A model generated the notes under the pieces. That model ran no database searches and was not told the origin of the DNA. It worked only from the letters and a program-made list of their open reading frames with translations. From an uncultured delta proteobacterium (GTDB lineage Bacteria > Desulfobacterota > Syntrophobacteria > BM002), in the NCBI GenBank assembly GCA_963712115.1, contig CAVQGX010000034.1:1-25882 (forward strand): a stretch of 25,882 bases of DNA, given 5' to 3'. Below are positions 7,428 through 18,927 of the stretch, in pieces. The position numbers were made by a program, and so were the translations under genes. The first letter of the stretch is position 1; each line of letters starts with the position of its first letter.

Positions 7428-7503
7428 TGGTGGGCGGGACAGGAGTTGAACCTGCGACCCCCGGCTTGTAAGGCCGATGCTCTCCCCACTGAGCTACCCG
7501 CCC
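7428..7503 (-). tRNA. tRNA-Val(TAC)
   Basis: GGGCGGGTAGCTCAGTGGGGAGAGCATCGGCCTTACAAGCCGGGGGTCGCAGGTTCAACTCCTGTCCCGCCCACCA; 76-nt cloverleaf, anticodon TAC, encoded CCA. Confidence 0.97.
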
Positions 7504-7569
7504 ATATGTATATGTGTTTTGCCCTTAACAGGTCGTCATTCTTCTGTCAAGGGGATTTTAGGAACGGCA

Positions 7570-7607
7570 AATAATAAAGCGCCCAATCGATTTCCAACTG
7601 AGCGCTC
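7570..7607 (-). terminator. Probable terminator after lon
   Basis: Minus-strand AGCGCUCAGUU / GAUUGGGCGCU stem with G-U pairs, followed by UUAUUAUUU. Confidence 0.55.
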
Positions 7608-7633
7608 TGTTTATCTAGCTCGAGGCCTCAGGA

Positions 7634-10084
7634 CTAGTGAGCAATAATCTCTTCTGAGGGTTCAGGAGTTTCACTTGGCACCATAATCTCCTCAGGTTCT
7701 TCTGCAGCTTTGCTGAATAGTTTTTCAGGATCCTCCAGCAACAAAGCTTGCTTAAGCACCTCATCCATGTGCTCAACCAGTACAAGGTCAACTTCCTTCA
7801 AGATCTTACCAGGAATTTCCTTTATATCCTTGGCGTTTTCTTTGGGAATAAGTACCTTCTTGACCAAGCCGCGGTGGGCTGCCAGCACCTTTTCCTTCAA
7901 ACCTCCAATGGGTAGCACCCGTCCTCGCAAGGTTATCTCGCCGGTCATGGCCAGATCTTTGCGAACAGGTACCTTGAGCAAAGCGGAGGCGATTGCAGTG
8001 GCCATAGTGATGCCTGCGGATGGCCCGTCTTTGGGAATGGCACCTTCAGGCACATGGACGTGTATGTCTAGCTTCTTGTAGAAATTCGGGTTGAGCTCTA
8101 GAGCAGCAGAACGGGAGCGTACATAGGTAAGTGCCGCCTGGGCAGACTCCTGCATTACTTCGCCTAGCTTGCCTGTGATAGTAAGGCCTCCTTTGCCCGG
8201 CATTGTAGCTGCCTCAATACCCAGCAGTTCACCACCAAATTCTGTCCAGGCGAGACCAATAGCGAGGCCGATCTCGTCCTTTTCCTCGGCGCGGCCGTAA
8301 TGGAACTTGGGTACACCGAGATATTTGGCTATACTTGGCTCGATTATCCTAATCAGCGTGTCGGGTCCCTGTTTAACTATCTCCTTGGCCACCTTCCTGC
8401 AGACGGAAGCTATTTCCCGCTCGAGATTGCGTACTCCAGCTTCTTTAGTGTAGCGGCGAATAATCTCATAAATTGAGCCATCAGAGAAGTAGATGTTTTC
8501 TGGCTTTAGTCCGTTGGTTTCACTCTGTTTTTTCACCAGGAACTGTTTAGCGATATTGACTTTGTCAAATTCAGTGTAGCCCGGCAAGCGAATGATCTCC
8601 ATGCGATCCTGTAAGGCCGGTGGTATAGTGAACAGGGTGTTGGCTGTGGTAATAAAAAGAACTTCAGACAGATCGTAATCCACGTCTAAATAATGGTCAT
8701 TGAAAGCAAAATTCTGCTCTGGATCCAGAACTTCCAGCAGTGCCGCAGATGGATCACCGCGGAAGTCCATGCTCATTTTGTCAACCTCGTCCAGGCAAAA
8801 CACAGGATTGTTGGATTTGGCCTTGCGCAGGCTCTGGACGATTTTTCCTGGGAGTGCTCCAATATAAGTGCGCCGATGACCGCGAATCTCGGCCTCATCC
8901 CGCACACCACCCAGGGAGAGGCGAATGAAATTACGCCCCAGAGCGCGAGCAATTGATTTGGAAAGGGAAGTCTTTCCTACTCCCGGAGGTCCCACAAAGC
9001 AAAGAATTGGTCCCTTTATTTTTTTGACCAGAGCCTGAACCGCCAAATATTCGAGTATTCTTTCTTTGGGCTTTTCCAGGCCATAGTGGTCCTCGTCCAA
9101 TATTTGAGAAGCCGCCTCAATGTCTAATTTGTCTTTGGTGCGATCGTACCATGGCAGGGAAAGCAGCCAGTCGATGTAGTTTCTCACCACTGTGGCCTCG
9201 GCGGACATGGGCGACATCAACTTCAGTTTCTTAAACTCGGCCCGAACCTTGTTGGCGGCTTCCCTAGACATGCGTTTTCGTTTGATCCGTTTTTGCAGTT
9301 CAGCCAATTCGTTTCTAAAGTCATCCTTTTCGCCCATCTCCTTCTGGATGGCCCGCATCTGTTCATTCAAGTAGTATTCCCGCTGGGTCTTTTCCATTTG
9401 TTTCTTGACCCGTCCCTTGATGCGCTGTTCTGTCTGGATGATCTCAATTTCACCGCTAATGTAGGCATACAACAGTTCAAGTCGCTTGAAGTGCGGGATG
9501 GATTCAAGGAGATTTTGCTTGTATTCAATTTTGAATGGCATATGGGAGGCAATGGTGTCGGCCAGTCGCCCTGGTTCCTCAATGGAGGAAACTGAAAGAA
9601 CCATCTCCTGAGAGATTTTCTTATTTAGTTTGGCGTACTTTTCGAAGGCCTGAATGGTGCTGCGCATTAAAGCTTCGATCTGGACATCTTTCTCAGTTTC
9701 CTCAGGTATCTCTTCAACCTGAACCATAAAAAAGTCCGGATTGGAGATAAATTTGACAATCTGTCCGCGCTTTTTGCCCTCCACCAGTGCTTTTACCGTA
9801 CCATCCGGCAAACGAAGCAATTGCAGAATGGTGGCCACGGCCCCCGTGCGGAAGATGTCTTTCTCCGAAGGAGTATCGGTTTTCGCCTTTTTCTGGGTGG
9901 CAAGAAAAATCGTTTTGTCTTCGCCCATGGCATACTCCAGGGCCTTTATCGATTTCTCCCGTCCAACAAAAAGAGGGGCCACCATGTTAGGGAAAATCAC
10001 GATGTCCCTAAGGGGCAGAAGTGGATATTCTTGCAGCATTGACGCCGCCTCCGTATCAATATTTTCGCGATTTTTCTTGAACAT
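7634..10084 (-). CDS. lon: ATP-dependent Lon protease
   Basis: PLLPLRD N-domain, Walker [15 protein letters not shown], protease motif PKDGPSAG; follows clpX. Confidence 0.98.
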   Translation of the reverse strand: MFKKNRENIDTEAASMLQEYPLLPLRDIVIFPNMVAPLFVGREKSIKALEYAMGEDKTIFLATQKKAKTDTPSEKDIFRTGAVATILQLLRLPDGTVKALVEGKKRGQIVKFISNPDFFMVQVEEIPEETEKDVQIEALMRSTIQAFEKYAKLNKKISQEMVLSVSSIEEPGRLADTIASHMPFKIEYKQNLLESIPHFKRLELLYAYISGEIEIIQTEQRIKGRVKKQMEKTQREYYLNEQMRAIQKEMGEKDDFRNELAELQKRIKRKRMSREAANKVRAEFKKLKLMSPMSAEATVVRNYIDWLLSLPWYDRTKDKLDIEAASQILDEDHYGLEKPKERILEYLAVQALVKKIKGPILCFVGPPGVGKTSLSKSIARALGRNFIRLSLGGVRDEAEIRGHRRTYIGALPGKIVQSLRKAKSNNPVFCLDEVDKMSMDFRGDPSAALLEVLDPEQNFAFNDHYLDVDYDLSEVLFITTANTLFTIPPALQDRMEIIRLPGYTEFDKVNIAKQFLVKKQSETNGLKPENIYFSDGSIYEIIRRYTKEAGVRNLEREIASVCRKVAKEIVKQGPDTLIRIIEPSIAKYLGVPKFHYGRAEEKDEIGLAIGLAWTEFGGELLGIEAATMPGKGGLTITGKLGEVMQESAQAALTYVRSRSAALELNPNFYKKLDIHVHVPEGAIPKDGPSAGITMATAIASALLKVPVRKDLAMTGEITLRGRVLPIGGLKEKVLAAHRGLVKKVLIPKENAKDIKEIPGKILKEVDLVLVEHMDEVLKQALLLEDPEKLFSKAAEEPEEIMVPSETPEPSEEIIAH

Positions 10085-10198
10085 ATTTTTCTCTTATCAA
10101 AGATAAAGGCAATATTGCCGATTACACGTGGCCTTCACCAGTTATATAGCTCCAGTTCCTAATCAGATGAGCTGTTAACTTAAAACCTGTCGCTTTTG

Positions 10199-11449
10199 TC
10201 AAGCTGATTCCAGGGAGCCTTCATAGAGGAGCAAGGGTAATTCTCTGCTTGTCACTACCTCCTCGCTGATTACGCATTCGCGAATATCTGGCTGAGAAGG
10301 AATCTCGTACATAATATCAAGCATGATGTTTTCCAGAATACTCCTAAGCCCTCGTGCCCCGGAGTTTCGCTTCATTGCCTCCCGAGCCACTGCTTGCAAG
10401 GCACCTTCGGTAAAGCGCAGGGTTACGTTTTCCATGCCAAAAAGTTTCTGGTATTGTTTTACCAGGGCGTTTTTCGGCTCGAGCATGATCTGTACCAATT
10501 CCTCTTCGGTCAATTCATGTAAGGTTGCCACCACTGGAAGTCTTCCAACAAACTCGGGAATCATGCCAAACCTGATAAGATCCTCCGGCTGCACTTGAAT
10601 GAGAATCTCTCCCAGTTTGCGCTCCTCCCGTCTCTGGATATCAGCGGCAAATCCCAGGGCTTTGACCCCGATGCGTGACTTGATTATGCCTTCCAGGTTG
10701 TTGAAGGCACCACCGCAGAGGAAAAGAATGTTAGTAGTATCAATTTTAATGAATTCCTGCTGCGGATGCTTGCGTCCCCCCTTAGGTGGTACATTTGCGA
10801 TTGTGCCTTCCAGGATTTTTAACAGCGCCTGCTGAACCCCCTCACCTGAGACGTCTCGCGTGATGGAAGGACTGTCCGCCTTACGGGCTATTTTGTCTAT
10901 CTCGTCAATGTAGACAATGCCCCGGGAGGTCTTTTCAACATCGTAATCGGCGGCTTGAAGCAAATTGACAATGATATTCTCCACGTCCTCACCAACGTAG
11001 CCCGCCTCCGTTAGAGTGGTGGCATCGGCAATGGTAAAGGGAACGTCGAGGATGCGCGCCAAGGTCTGGGCCAGTAGAGTTTTGCCACATCCGGTGGGTC
11101 CGATCAGGAGGATATTGCTTTTCTGGATCTCCACATCCTCCATTTCTGCCCGTGATTCAATACGCTTGTAGTGATTATAGACTGCCACCGAGAGAATTTT
11201 CTTCGCCCGTTCCTGACCGATGACGTAGTCGTCTATGGCATCCCTGATCTCAGCAGGCTTGGGCACACTGCTTAATTTTGCAGCTTCTTCTTTTTCAAAT
11301 TCCTCGGCAATAATGTCGTTGCAGAGTTCAATACATTCGTCACAAATATAGACGGTGGGACCAGCAATGAGTTTCTTCACCTCGTCCTGACTTTTGCCGC
11401 AGAATGAACAGACCAGATCTCCACCCCGGTCATCTTTCTTTCTCGTCAT
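10199..11449 (-). CDS. clpX: ATP-dependent Clp protease ATP-binding subunit
   Basis: CSFCGKS zinc finger, [31 protein letters not shown] loop. Confidence 0.98.
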   Translation of the reverse strand: MTRKKDDRGGDLVCSFCGKSQDEVKKLIAGPTVYICDECIELCNDIIAEEFEKEEAAKLSSVPKPAEIRDAIDDYVIGQERAKKILSVAVYNHYKRIESRAEMEDVEIQKSNILLIGPTGCGKTLLAQTLARILDVPFTIADATTLTEAGYVGEDVENIIVNLLQAADYDVEKTSRGIVYIDEIDKIARKADSPSITRDVSGEGVQQALLKILEGTIANVPPKGGRKHPQQEFIKIDTTNILFLCGGAFNNLEGIIKSRIGVKALGFAADIQRREERKLGEILIQVQPEDLIRFGMIPEFVGRLPVVATLHELTEEELVQIMLEPKNALVKQYQKLFGMENVTLRFTEGALQAVAREAMKRNSGARGLRSILENIMLDIMYEIPSQPDIRECVISEEVVTSRELPLLLYEGSLESA

Positions 11450-11535
11450 CTATTCCTCCTCGCTCAACTGAGGTCCCCCTGAATTGTCTTTGCAGGGATA
11501 TTATACCAGAAGAGTCGCTATATTCAATGGGGTCT

Positions 11536-12180
11536 CTATTCACCCTCTTTCTTGCGAGTATCCGCTAGAGACTTTTTCTTAGTCTCCTCTTTGGGGCTCT
11601 CCCGTTCGACTATCACTTTGTCTATGATCCCATACTCCCTGGCCTCCGCACCACTCATAAAAAAGTCCCGATCGGTGTCCTTCTGGATTTTTTCCATGGG
11701 TTGTCCAGTGTGATGCGACATTATTTCATTGAGCTTCTCACGCATTCTAAGAATCTCCTTGGCCTGAATTTCCACATCTGTGGCCTGGCCTTGGAAAGCA
11801 CCGAGGGGCTGATGGATGAGAATGCGGGAATGGGGCAGCGAGAAACGTTTGCCACGTGCTCCTGCCGTCAACAGTAAGGCGCCCATGCTTGAAGCCTGGC
11901 CCAAACATAGGGTTGATACATCAGGCTTGATGTACTGCATGGTGTCGTAGATGGCCAAACCAGCAGTAACCAGGCCTCCAGGTGAATTGATGTAAAAGTT
12001 GATATCTTTGTCCGGGTCCTCAGATTCCAAGAAGAGCATCTGAGCGATAATCAAATTGGCCACCTCATCGGACACTACAGTTCCCAGAAATATGATTCGG
12101 TCCTTGAGCAGCCTAGAGTAAATGTCGTAGGCCCTTTCACCGCGGCTGCTCTGTTCGACAACAATAGGTATAAGAGTCAT
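11536..12180 (-). CDS. clpP: ATP-dependent Clp protease proteolytic subunit
   Basis: [31 protein letters not shown] (Ser), IHQP (His), DTDRD. Confidence 0.98.
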   Translation of the reverse strand: MTLIPIVVEQSSRGERAYDIYSRLLKDRIIFLGTVVSDEVANLIIAQMLFLESEDPDKDINFYINSPGGLVTAGLAIYDTMQYIKPDVSTLCLGQASSMGALLLTAGARGKRFSLPHSRILIHQPLGAFQGQATDVEIQAKEILRMREKLNEIMSHHTGQPMEKIQKDTDRDFFMSGAEAREYGIIDKVIVERESPKEETKKKSLADTRKKEGE

Positions 12181-13517
12181 GAATTTTCCTCACTCTCACT
12201 TTGTTTGTTCTCAGGACCAGAGATAGGCACCTGCTCACCTTCGGTAATATCCGCCTGATCCTGGAGGAAATTTATAACCTTGTCTTCCAGCAATTGATGC
12301 CTGTACGAATCCATCATGTTACTTCTCAGGTAGAAATCTCTCACCTTATCGTAGGGCTGATTCATTTTCTCTGCGGTACTGTGTAAGCCTTGGTCCAGCT
12401 CCTCATCGCTGATCTCGAACCCTTCCTGATGAGAAATTCTTTCAAGGAGAATGGACGTTTGCACCCTCTTCTCTGCCATTTGGCGGTTTCGCTCCTTAAA
12501 GGTGTCTTCATCCATTCCTGCCTGCTCTAGAGTAAGGTTCTGGGATGAAAGACGGAAGCGTATGGTATCCAACATTCTTTGCAATTCCTGTTCCACCATG
12601 CTTTTGGGAACTTCAAAAGGATTACGATTGAGCAGTTCATCACAGATCTGCACCCAGACCTCATCATCTATTCGCTTTCTTTTGCTACTTTCCAGTTCCT
12701 GGCGTATAGCCGAGCGCAAATCTTCCAAGCTCTCGAATTCACCTAGATTCTTAGCGAACTCGTCGTTCAACTCTGGCAGAACCTTTTCTTTAATGTCCTT
12801 CACCGCTACCTGGAAAGTGGCTTTCTTGCCGGCAAGATTTTTGTTGCCGTAATCAAAGGGAAAGGCAACCTGGATCTCTCTCTCTTCACCCTTGCTGGCA
12901 CCTAAAAGTTCATTTTCGAACTCGGGGTTGAAACGATTACTCCCCACTTCCAAGTGAAATCCGCTGGCTTCACCATCAGGCACCGGCTTACCATCTGCAA
13001 AAGTTCTAAAATCAAGGACAGCGTGATCCCCCTGCTGAATGGGGCGCGGTTCCTCGAGAGACCTCAGATGAAAATTGGTTTGCCTCCGCAGGGCCAGCTC
13101 GGCTGCAATTTCCTCATCGCTGACCTCCAATGGGGGTCTCTTTGCCGGGATATTCTTGTAATCCTGAGCATGGACTTGCGGTTTCACCTCGACAACAAAA
13201 GAATAACGGAAAGGCTCACCCTCCTGTAGAACCTCTCTGTCCAAATCAGACTGGGAAACAACCTCCATCCCAGTCTGTTCAAGAGCCTCCATCAAAGTAT
13301 CGTTGACCAGTTCTAGGCCTACCTCGTGGTTGACCTGATCCCCGTAATGTCGCTTGAGAATGGTCAAGGGCACCTTTCCCGGACGAAAACCTTTGACTTT
13401 TGCACTGCGGTTGAGCCGGTTATAGGCTTTTTTTAGCTGACGGCTTACAACCTCCTCGGGCAGTTCCACATTTACCCTGCTTGTGATCTCACTTATTTGT
13501 TCAACGGACACTTTCAT
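12177..13517 (-). CDS. tig: Trigger factor
   Basis: GFRPGKVP ribosome-binding signature, FKBP-like middle domain, canonical tig-clpP-clpX-lon order. Confidence 0.96.
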   Translation of the reverse strand: MKVSVEQISEITSRVNVELPEEVVSRQLKKAYNRLNRSAKVKGFRPGKVPLTILKRHYGDQVNHEVGLELVNDTLMEALEQTGMEVVSQSDLDREVLQEGEPFRYSFVVEVKPQVHAQDYKNIPAKRPPLEVSDEEIAAELALRRQTNFHLRSLEEPRPIQQGDHAVLDFRTFADGKPVPDGEASGFHLEVGSNRFNPEFENELLGASKGEEREIQVAFPFDYGNKNLAGKKATFQVAVKDIKEKVLPELNDEFAKNLGEFESLEDLRSAIRQELESSKRKRIDDEVWVQICDELLNRNPFEVPKSMVEQELQRMLDTIRFRLSSQNLTLEQAGMDEDTFKERNRQMAEKRVQTSILLERISHQEGFEISDEELDQGLHSTAEKMNQPYDKVRDFYLRSNMMDSYRHQLLEDKVINFLQDQADITEGEQVPISGPENKQSESEENS

Positions 13518-13854
13518 AGTAATTTTGCCTGGGTCTTTTCAAACTATTCTGAGGGAGGGTTATTTATTTAGCAATTCTGTGACAGCAAAACTGGCTCAGG
13601 GACAGCACTTTTGGCGGAGCTCCCTGAATCGCCCGACAATATAATCATAGTAGGTACCATCTGGCAACCCCTATTGCAACCATCTCAGCTCAGATAAGGC
13701 CAGCAGAGAAATTTGCTTCCTCTCTAATTATACACTGCCATAACATAAATGAGTAAATGTCATATGATGCAAAGGTGGAGGGAGGTAGGCAAGGTAGCCC
13801 TTGAACTCGCAATCGTCTTAGCGCGGATATTTCATGAATTGTCCCGGTTAATGC

Positions 13855-13939
13855 TGGTGCGAGAGGGGAGACTCGAACTCCCATGGGTTGCCCCGCTGGA
13901 TCCTAAATCCAGTGCGTCTGCCAGTTCCGCCACTCTCGC
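13855..13939 (-). tRNA. tRNA-Leu(TAG)
   Basis: GCGAGAGTGGCGGAACTGGCAGACGCACTGGATTTAGGATCCAGCGGGGCAACCCATGGGAGTTCGAGTCTCCCCTCTCGCACCA; long variable arm, anticodon TAG. Confidence 0.97.
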
Positions 13940-14068
13940 ACTATGTCAGGTCTTTTCTGGCACAGTTCGGATGGGAAGTTTACCCTGCAACCCGACCCAT
14001 TGCAAGTGAAAGATTGAGACCGCGGTCAGAGTTCAATGACTTCGACGGTACGCATGGCCAACGGCTTT

Positions 14069-14325
14069 GGATTACTGGAGCAGGTATCATTTACGATTTC
14101 AGATTGCTGATTGCAGATTGAGGCTGAATTCGATCCTTCCCAGTACGTTCTGAGCATTTAAATCTGAAATCTACATTCTAAAATCTAAAATCGCTGCACT
14201 CCATTACTCCAGCTGACTCCCGTGCGAAGGAGAGACTCCTAAGGCTCCCTTGAGGGGGAGTTCAAAGCCAGCTCCTCCCTCCGGGCCGTAGGCCCTATGG
14301 GCCGGAGGCAGGGCCTGGATTCTTT
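14069..14325. repeat. REP/MITE-like palindromic cluster
   Basis: Heptamer arrays GATTTCA/GATTGCT/GATTGCA facing AATCTGA/AATCTAC/AATCTAA, plus the palindrome CCTCCGG...CCGGAGG. Confidence 0.55.
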
Positions 14326-14576
14326 GCTAACGGAGGACTTTTTCCTTGCCTCTGTAAATTCAATTGTGTAATCTTCTACTTATTAGCATTTCTAATCAGG
14401 GATTCCGCAATAGACAGATCATAAAGACCAACAATTGTTTCTGCAAAAACAAAACAAAAGACGTTACAGCATAAAAGTATAGATGAGACCTTAAGATAAA
14501 TATTTCAATTGTCATTTCAGTAACTGGTAAACTTAATGATAATTTAAAAGCAGCTAAATTCAAAAGGAGAAGATAG

Positions 14577-14894
14577 ATGCATGGTACAATAAAAAAAATA
14601 GGCTGTGCTTTTCTCTCTTTATTAATCTTAAGTTTGCTCTTAAATAGTTACGCATTATGTCAACAGTTGGCTGTAAAAAGACAGACAGATGGGACTATTA
14701 AAATACAAAGTATCCCATCGCAAATTAAAGTAGTTGTTTCAAATATGGTCTATTGTAGGACTATTGATGAACTAATAAAAGAAGAGAAGGATAGTTTAAA
14801 CAGACTTATTTCTGATAACAGATATGGCGAAGTTAAAGATTCCATAGAGATTATTGAGGGTCTACGGCAATTAAAAGTCCAGAAATGTAACTGA
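14577..14894 (+). CDS. AT-rich hypothetical exported protein, 105 aa
   Basis: AAGGAGA RBS; signal-peptide-like N-terminus; no family recognised. Confidence 0.6.
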   Translation: MHGTIKKIGCAFLSLLILSLLLNSYALCQQLAVKRQTDGTIKIQSIPSQIKVVVSNMVYCRTIDELIKEEKDSLNRLISDNRYGEVKDSIEIIEGLRQLKVQKCN

Positions 14895-14909
14895 GCACGG
14901 AAAAGAATT

Positions 14910-16439
14910 ATGGCAAAGAAAAAAGTACAACTGCGTATACTGATGGCCTTTTCAGAGGTCGCGCCTTTCGCCAAGACTGGTGGCTTGGCTGATGTGGGTG
15001 GTGCGCTGCCTTTTGCTTTAAGCGAACTTGGCTGTGATGTGCGAATTGTAATGCCATTTTACAATCGATTTATTGAAAAAATTGCGAACAAAAAACTTTC
15101 GGTGGAGAATCTTTCAGTGCCACTGGGTAGCCAGGTTCTTGCCGCGGATATCTATCATGTCAGATTAGATGACAACGTGGTTGTCTACTTCATCCAGCGG
15201 GATGAATTCTTTGATCGGTCCTACCTCTATGGCACCCCAAAAGGTGATTATTTCGATAATTTCCAACGATTCACCTATTTTTCCAGGGCTGTTCTAGCCA
15301 TGTGTCCAGAGGTACAGTTCAAGCCTGATGTGGTTCACGCCCACGACTGGCAGAGCGGTCTGGTGCCAGCCTACCTGAAACATTTATATGCCACCGACGA
15401 ATATTGGGCCAAGACTGCGAGCGTCTTTACTATTCATAACATTGCCTATCAAGGACAATTCGCACCAGAGCTATTTCCACTTACCGGCTTGCCGGCCCAT
15501 TTTTTCTCCATGGATGGCATGGAATTCTTTGGTGGGATCAACTTCATGAAGGGGGCAATAGTCAGTGCTGATGTAATAACCACTGTCAGCCCGCGCTACA
15601 GTGACGAGATCCAGACTAGAGAATACGGAGAAGGGTTGGAAGGTGTTCTCCAAAAAAACCGGAGCAGATTGCATGGGATCCTGAACGGTGCCGATTATAA
15701 CGAATGGAACCCCGAAACCGACCCGTACATTGCTGCCAACTATTCTCGTCATAACCTAGACGGCAAGCGTATATGCAAGCTGGATTTACTTCGGGAGGTA
15801 GAGCTTCCGGAGAGACTAATGAACAGACCCCTCCTTGGAGGTATCTCTAGATTGGCCGACCAGAAGGGTTTTGATCTCTTGGCGGCTGTTCTTGATAAGC
15901 TGGTAGCCCAGGATATAGGGTTAGTAATTCTGGGGGTTGGTGATGATAAGTACCAAAGAATGCTGACCGATCTGGCCACTAGCTATCCGGAGAAGGTTTC
16001 AGTGCAGTTGAAGTTCGATGAGCCGCTCGCTCACAAAATCGAGGCCGGGGCAGATATTTTTCTCATGCCTTCGCGCTACGAACCATGCGGGCTGAATCAG
16101 ATTTACAGTCTACGGTATGGCACGGTCCCAATCGTCCGGGCCACGGGGGGGTTGTACGACACCATTAAACCCTTTAGCCCGGCGCGAGGCGAGGGCGTCG
16201 GCTTTAGCTTTGACAAATATAAAGCCGATTCTTTCTGGCGTGCTTTAATGGAAGCTCTCGCTCTTTTTAACCAGCCAGAGACCTGGCGGCAGATAATGCA
16301 GAACGGCATGGCCACGGACTTCAGTTGGAAGTCATCCGCCCTCGAATATTTAGAGCTCTATGAGAAAATCCTGGCCGAGAAGGAGAGGGCAGCGGACAGA
16401 GGGCAGCAGGCAGTAGACAGTAAGCGTCGCAAGACCTAG
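14910..16439 (+). CDS. glgA: Glycogen synthase (GT5)
   Basis: EVAPFAKTGGLADV, HAHDWQ, FTIHNIAYQG, SRLADQKG, MPSRYEPCGLNQ. Confidence 0.96.
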   Translation: MAKKKVQLRILMAFSEVAPFAKTGGLADVGGALPFALSELGCDVRIVMPFYNRFIEKIANKKLSVENLSVPLGSQVLAADIYHVRLDDNVVVYFIQRDEFFDRSYLYGTPKGDYFDNFQRFTYFSRAVLAMCPEVQFKPDVVHAHDWQSGLVPAYLKHLYATDEYWAKTASVFTIHNIAYQGQFAPELFPLTGLPAHFFSMDGMEFFGGINFMKGAIVSADVITTVSPRYSDEIQTREYGEGLEGVLQKNRSRLHGILNGADYNEWNPETDPYIAANYSRHNLDGKRICKLDLLREVELPERLMNRPLLGGISRLADQKGFDLLAAVLDKLVAQDIGLVILGVGDDKYQRMLTDLATSYPEKVSVQLKFDEPLAHKIEAGADIFLMPSRYEPCGLNQIYSLRYGTVPIVRATGGLYDTIKPFSPARGEGVGFSFDKYKADSFWRALMEALALFNQPETWRQIMQNGMATDFSWKSSALEYLELYEKILAEKERAADRGQQAVDSKRRKT

Positions 16440-16605
16440 GCCCACGAGCAAATAGGCCACAGATATAGAAGTTGGGATTCTCCTGAATTTTGGGCCGGTG
16501 CCAGAGATCAAACGCAAAGTTTTTGATAATTTCAGAAAATATAAGGCTGATTGAATCTGTGCAAATCTGTGTCCAAATTAATCCACTCAAGGAAAGGATA
16601 ATTCG

Positions 16606-16827
16606 ATGACTCCCAAGCGAATTGTTTTTTTGGTTTTGGGGTTGCTGTTTGCAACGTTCATTGTTCAAAATGCTGAGGTGGTACAGGTGCGCTTTCTTTT
16701 TTGGAGTGCACAGGCGTCACGGGCTATCATTATACTGGGAACTTTCGTCCTGGGGATTATAGTGGGCTGGGTGTCTGGCCGGGTGAAGAAGAAAGATACA
16801 GCTATACCGGTGAGTACTGACAAGTAA
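16606..16827 (+). CDS. LapA-family (DUF1049-like) small membrane protein
   Basis: Two TM segments around FIVQNAEVVQVRFLFW. Confidence 0.75.
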   Translation: MTPKRIVFLVLGLLFATFIVQNAEVVQVRFLFWSAQASRAIIILGTFVLGIIVGWVSGRVKKKDTAIPVSTDK

Positions 16828-16869
16828 CCTCTGACCAGTCAGAATTCACTAGACAGTAGCCAGCAGATA

Positions 16870-17004
16870 GCAGGTAGAACTCAGAGGTCAGAGATCAGAT
16901 GTCGGAGGTCAGGGGTAAAGCTGATCTCTGATCTCCGACTTCTGACCTCTGTGATGGACGACTTGAACGGTATCAACGATTTGAACCGTTTGAACCATTT
17001 GACG
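16870..17004. repeat. Long inverted repeat, left copy
   Basis: 16870-16960 is the reverse complement of 18980-19070 with one mismatch; continues through 9-mer TTGAACNNN units. Confidence 0.9.
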
Positions 17005-17083
17005 ACATGCCCACTGCTCCTTGCCTACGGGATTCTGGCTTCTGACCACTTTTTGACCAACATCAGATCAGAGATAAGCTCGC

Positions 17084-18673
17084 ATGGAACTAGGCATTGA
17101 AGCGCAAGCATTGTGGTTGCTGATAATTGCTGCAGCCGTCGCAATGTTCACTAAATACATTCGGCTGCCATATACTATTGCCTTGGTAGTTGTAGGACTA
17201 GCCATGGGGGCACTCGATCTTCTGCCCCATATGCTTCTCACCCCGGAATTGGTCTTCCATATTTTCTTGCCCATCCTCCTCTTTGAAGCAGCATTCAATA
17301 TAGACATACTTGACCTGCAGAAAACTGCTCGATCCATTGCGGTGTTAGCCTTGCCAGGTGTGCTGCTGGCCGCCACCGTCACTGCTATTGTTACCTATTT
17401 CGGATTTAAGTTGTGGAAAGGGGGTACCGACTTATCTTGGGGCCATGCTCTACTTTTTGGCACCATCGTAGCTGCAACAGATCCTATTTCGGTGCTGGCT
17501 CTTTTCAGAGAGTTTGGGGTCACCCGAAGGCTTAGCTTAATTATAGAAGGCGAGAGCCTTTTTAACGACGGCGTGGCGGTAGTGCTTTTTGGGGTTATTC
17601 TGGCGATGGTTCAAGGGGACGATTTTAACGCCCTAACTGCTATAGGGCAATTTGTAGTAAGCGTGGTTGGTGGAGGGGGCATTGGAGTCCTGCTCGGCCT
17701 GGCCATGGCCAAAATAATGAGCTTGGTGGATGACCATCTCATCGAGATTACCTTGACCACAATTCTTGCTTTCAGTGCTTATTTGCTTGCCGAGCATCTG
17801 CATGTCTCAGGGGTTATTGCGGTTATTGGGGCAGGTATAATGACCGGTAACTACTCGACAAAACTGGCCATGTCACCCACTACCCGAATATCAGTTTCAG
17901 ACTTCTGGGAATATGCTGCCTTTGTAGTTAATTCTGTGCTTTTTGTCATGGTTGGTATCGAGGTGAAAATAGTCGACTTTGCACCACTGTGGGTTGCAGC
18001 ATTGTTGGCAGTAGCTGCCATGACCTGTGGACGGGCAGCCGCGGTGTTTGTCACAGCACCTATTATCGGCAGGGTGGATAAAGTTTTACCTGCAAGTTGG
18101 CAAGGTGTGCTCTTTTGGGGGGGCATTCGAGGAGCCATCTGCATGGTCCTCGCTCTTAGCCTACCCAGGGATCTGGCTCTCCGTCAGCTCTTGATAACCA
18201 TGATTTTCGCAGTGGTGATATTTACCCTGCTGGTTCAGGGCTTGAGCATGAAGGCTTTGCTTAAGAAGCTGGGTCTAATTCCAATCAAAACGCAGGAGAC
18301 GTACGAGGCAAGGAAGGGTGAAATATACGCCCTAGGGCGAGTCCGGTTGGAGCTGGAGCAGATGCATAACCGTGGCGCCCTGTCACAACGAAACTATGAA
18401 ATTTTGGCACCGCGCTTGCAGGATCGTTTAAAGGATTTAAAGGTAGATTTGCATGAGGTTGCCGCCATAGAGCGGGAGGCCGTGGCTGAGGAATTGGACC
18501 GTGCAGAAGAAAGGCTCCTCCACGCAGAAAAAGACGGAATCAGGGAGGCCTACCTCTCTGGAATCATCTCAGAAGGGGTTATGAAAAAACTCTTGAGCAG
18601 TGTTGATGATAGACTCTTTGCCCTGGAGACAGCCGCGGAAAAGCATCCCACTTCCAATGGAAAAGAAAATTAG
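17084..18673 (+). CDS. CPA1-family (NhaP-type) Na+(K+)/H+ antiporter
   Basis: FLPILLFEAA, AATDPISV, IEGESLFNDG, SGVIAV, WGGIRGA, LVQG motifs; many TM segments. Confidence 0.92.
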   Translation: MELGIEAQALWLLIIAAAVAMFTKYIRLPYTIALVVVGLAMGALDLLPHMLLTPELVFHIFLPILLFEAAFNIDILDLQKTARSIAVLALPGVLLAATVTAIVTYFGFKLWKGGTDLSWGHALLFGTIVAATDPISVLALFREFGVTRRLSLIIEGESLFNDGVAVVLFGVILAMVQGDDFNALTAIGQFVVSVVGGGGIGVLLGLAMAKIMSLVDDHLIEITLTTILAFSAYLLAEHLHVSGVIAVIGAGIMTGNYSTKLAMSPTTRISVSDFWEYAAFVVNSVLFVMVGIEVKIVDFAPLWVAALLAVAAMTCGRAAAVFVTAPIIGRVDKVLPASWQGVLFWGGIRGAICMVLALSLPRDLALRQLLITMIFAVVIFTLLVQGLSMKALLKKLGLIPIKTQETYEARKGEIYALGRVRLELEQMHNRGALSQRNYEILAPRLQDRLKDLKVDLHEVAAIEREAVAEELDRAEERLLHAEKDGIREAYLSGIISEGVMKKLLSSVDDRLFALETAAEKHPTSNGKEN

Positions 18674-18730
18674 TGATGAAAACTGATATGTCGCCCTACC
18701 ACCCTCCAACCGCTTCCCCAGGAGCCCGGT

Positions 18731-18904
18731 ATGAAGAAAAATGAGAAATTGCTGGAGGCCTGGAATCAGTTAGTCAAAGCGATTAGCCAGAAAGAGGGCT
18801 TGAGCGGAGATCAGGCAGTACAGCATGTGAGGAAGCATTTTCCTGAGCTCTACGACCTTTACAGGCAGGCTCAAAAGGAGAAGCAGACGAAGGGGTCGAA
18901 GTAA
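18731..18904 (+). CDS. Small hypothetical protein, 57 aa (not in ORF track)
   Basis: GGAG RBS at 18721; MKKNEKLLEAWNQLVKAISQKEGLSGDQAVQHVRKHFPELYDLYRQAQKEKQTKGSK* reads like a helical protein. Confidence 0.6.
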   Translation: MKKNEKLLEAWNQLVKAISQKEGLSGDQAVQHVRKHFPELYDLYRQAQKEKQTKGSK

Positions 18905-18927
18905 CTCGCATAGCGCATAAAGCACAG

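Noticed and set aside
7710-13229. Plus-strand ORFs opposite lon, clpX, clpP and tig, and similar antisense ORFs over other core genes
   Set aside because: Shadow frames of well-supported genes.
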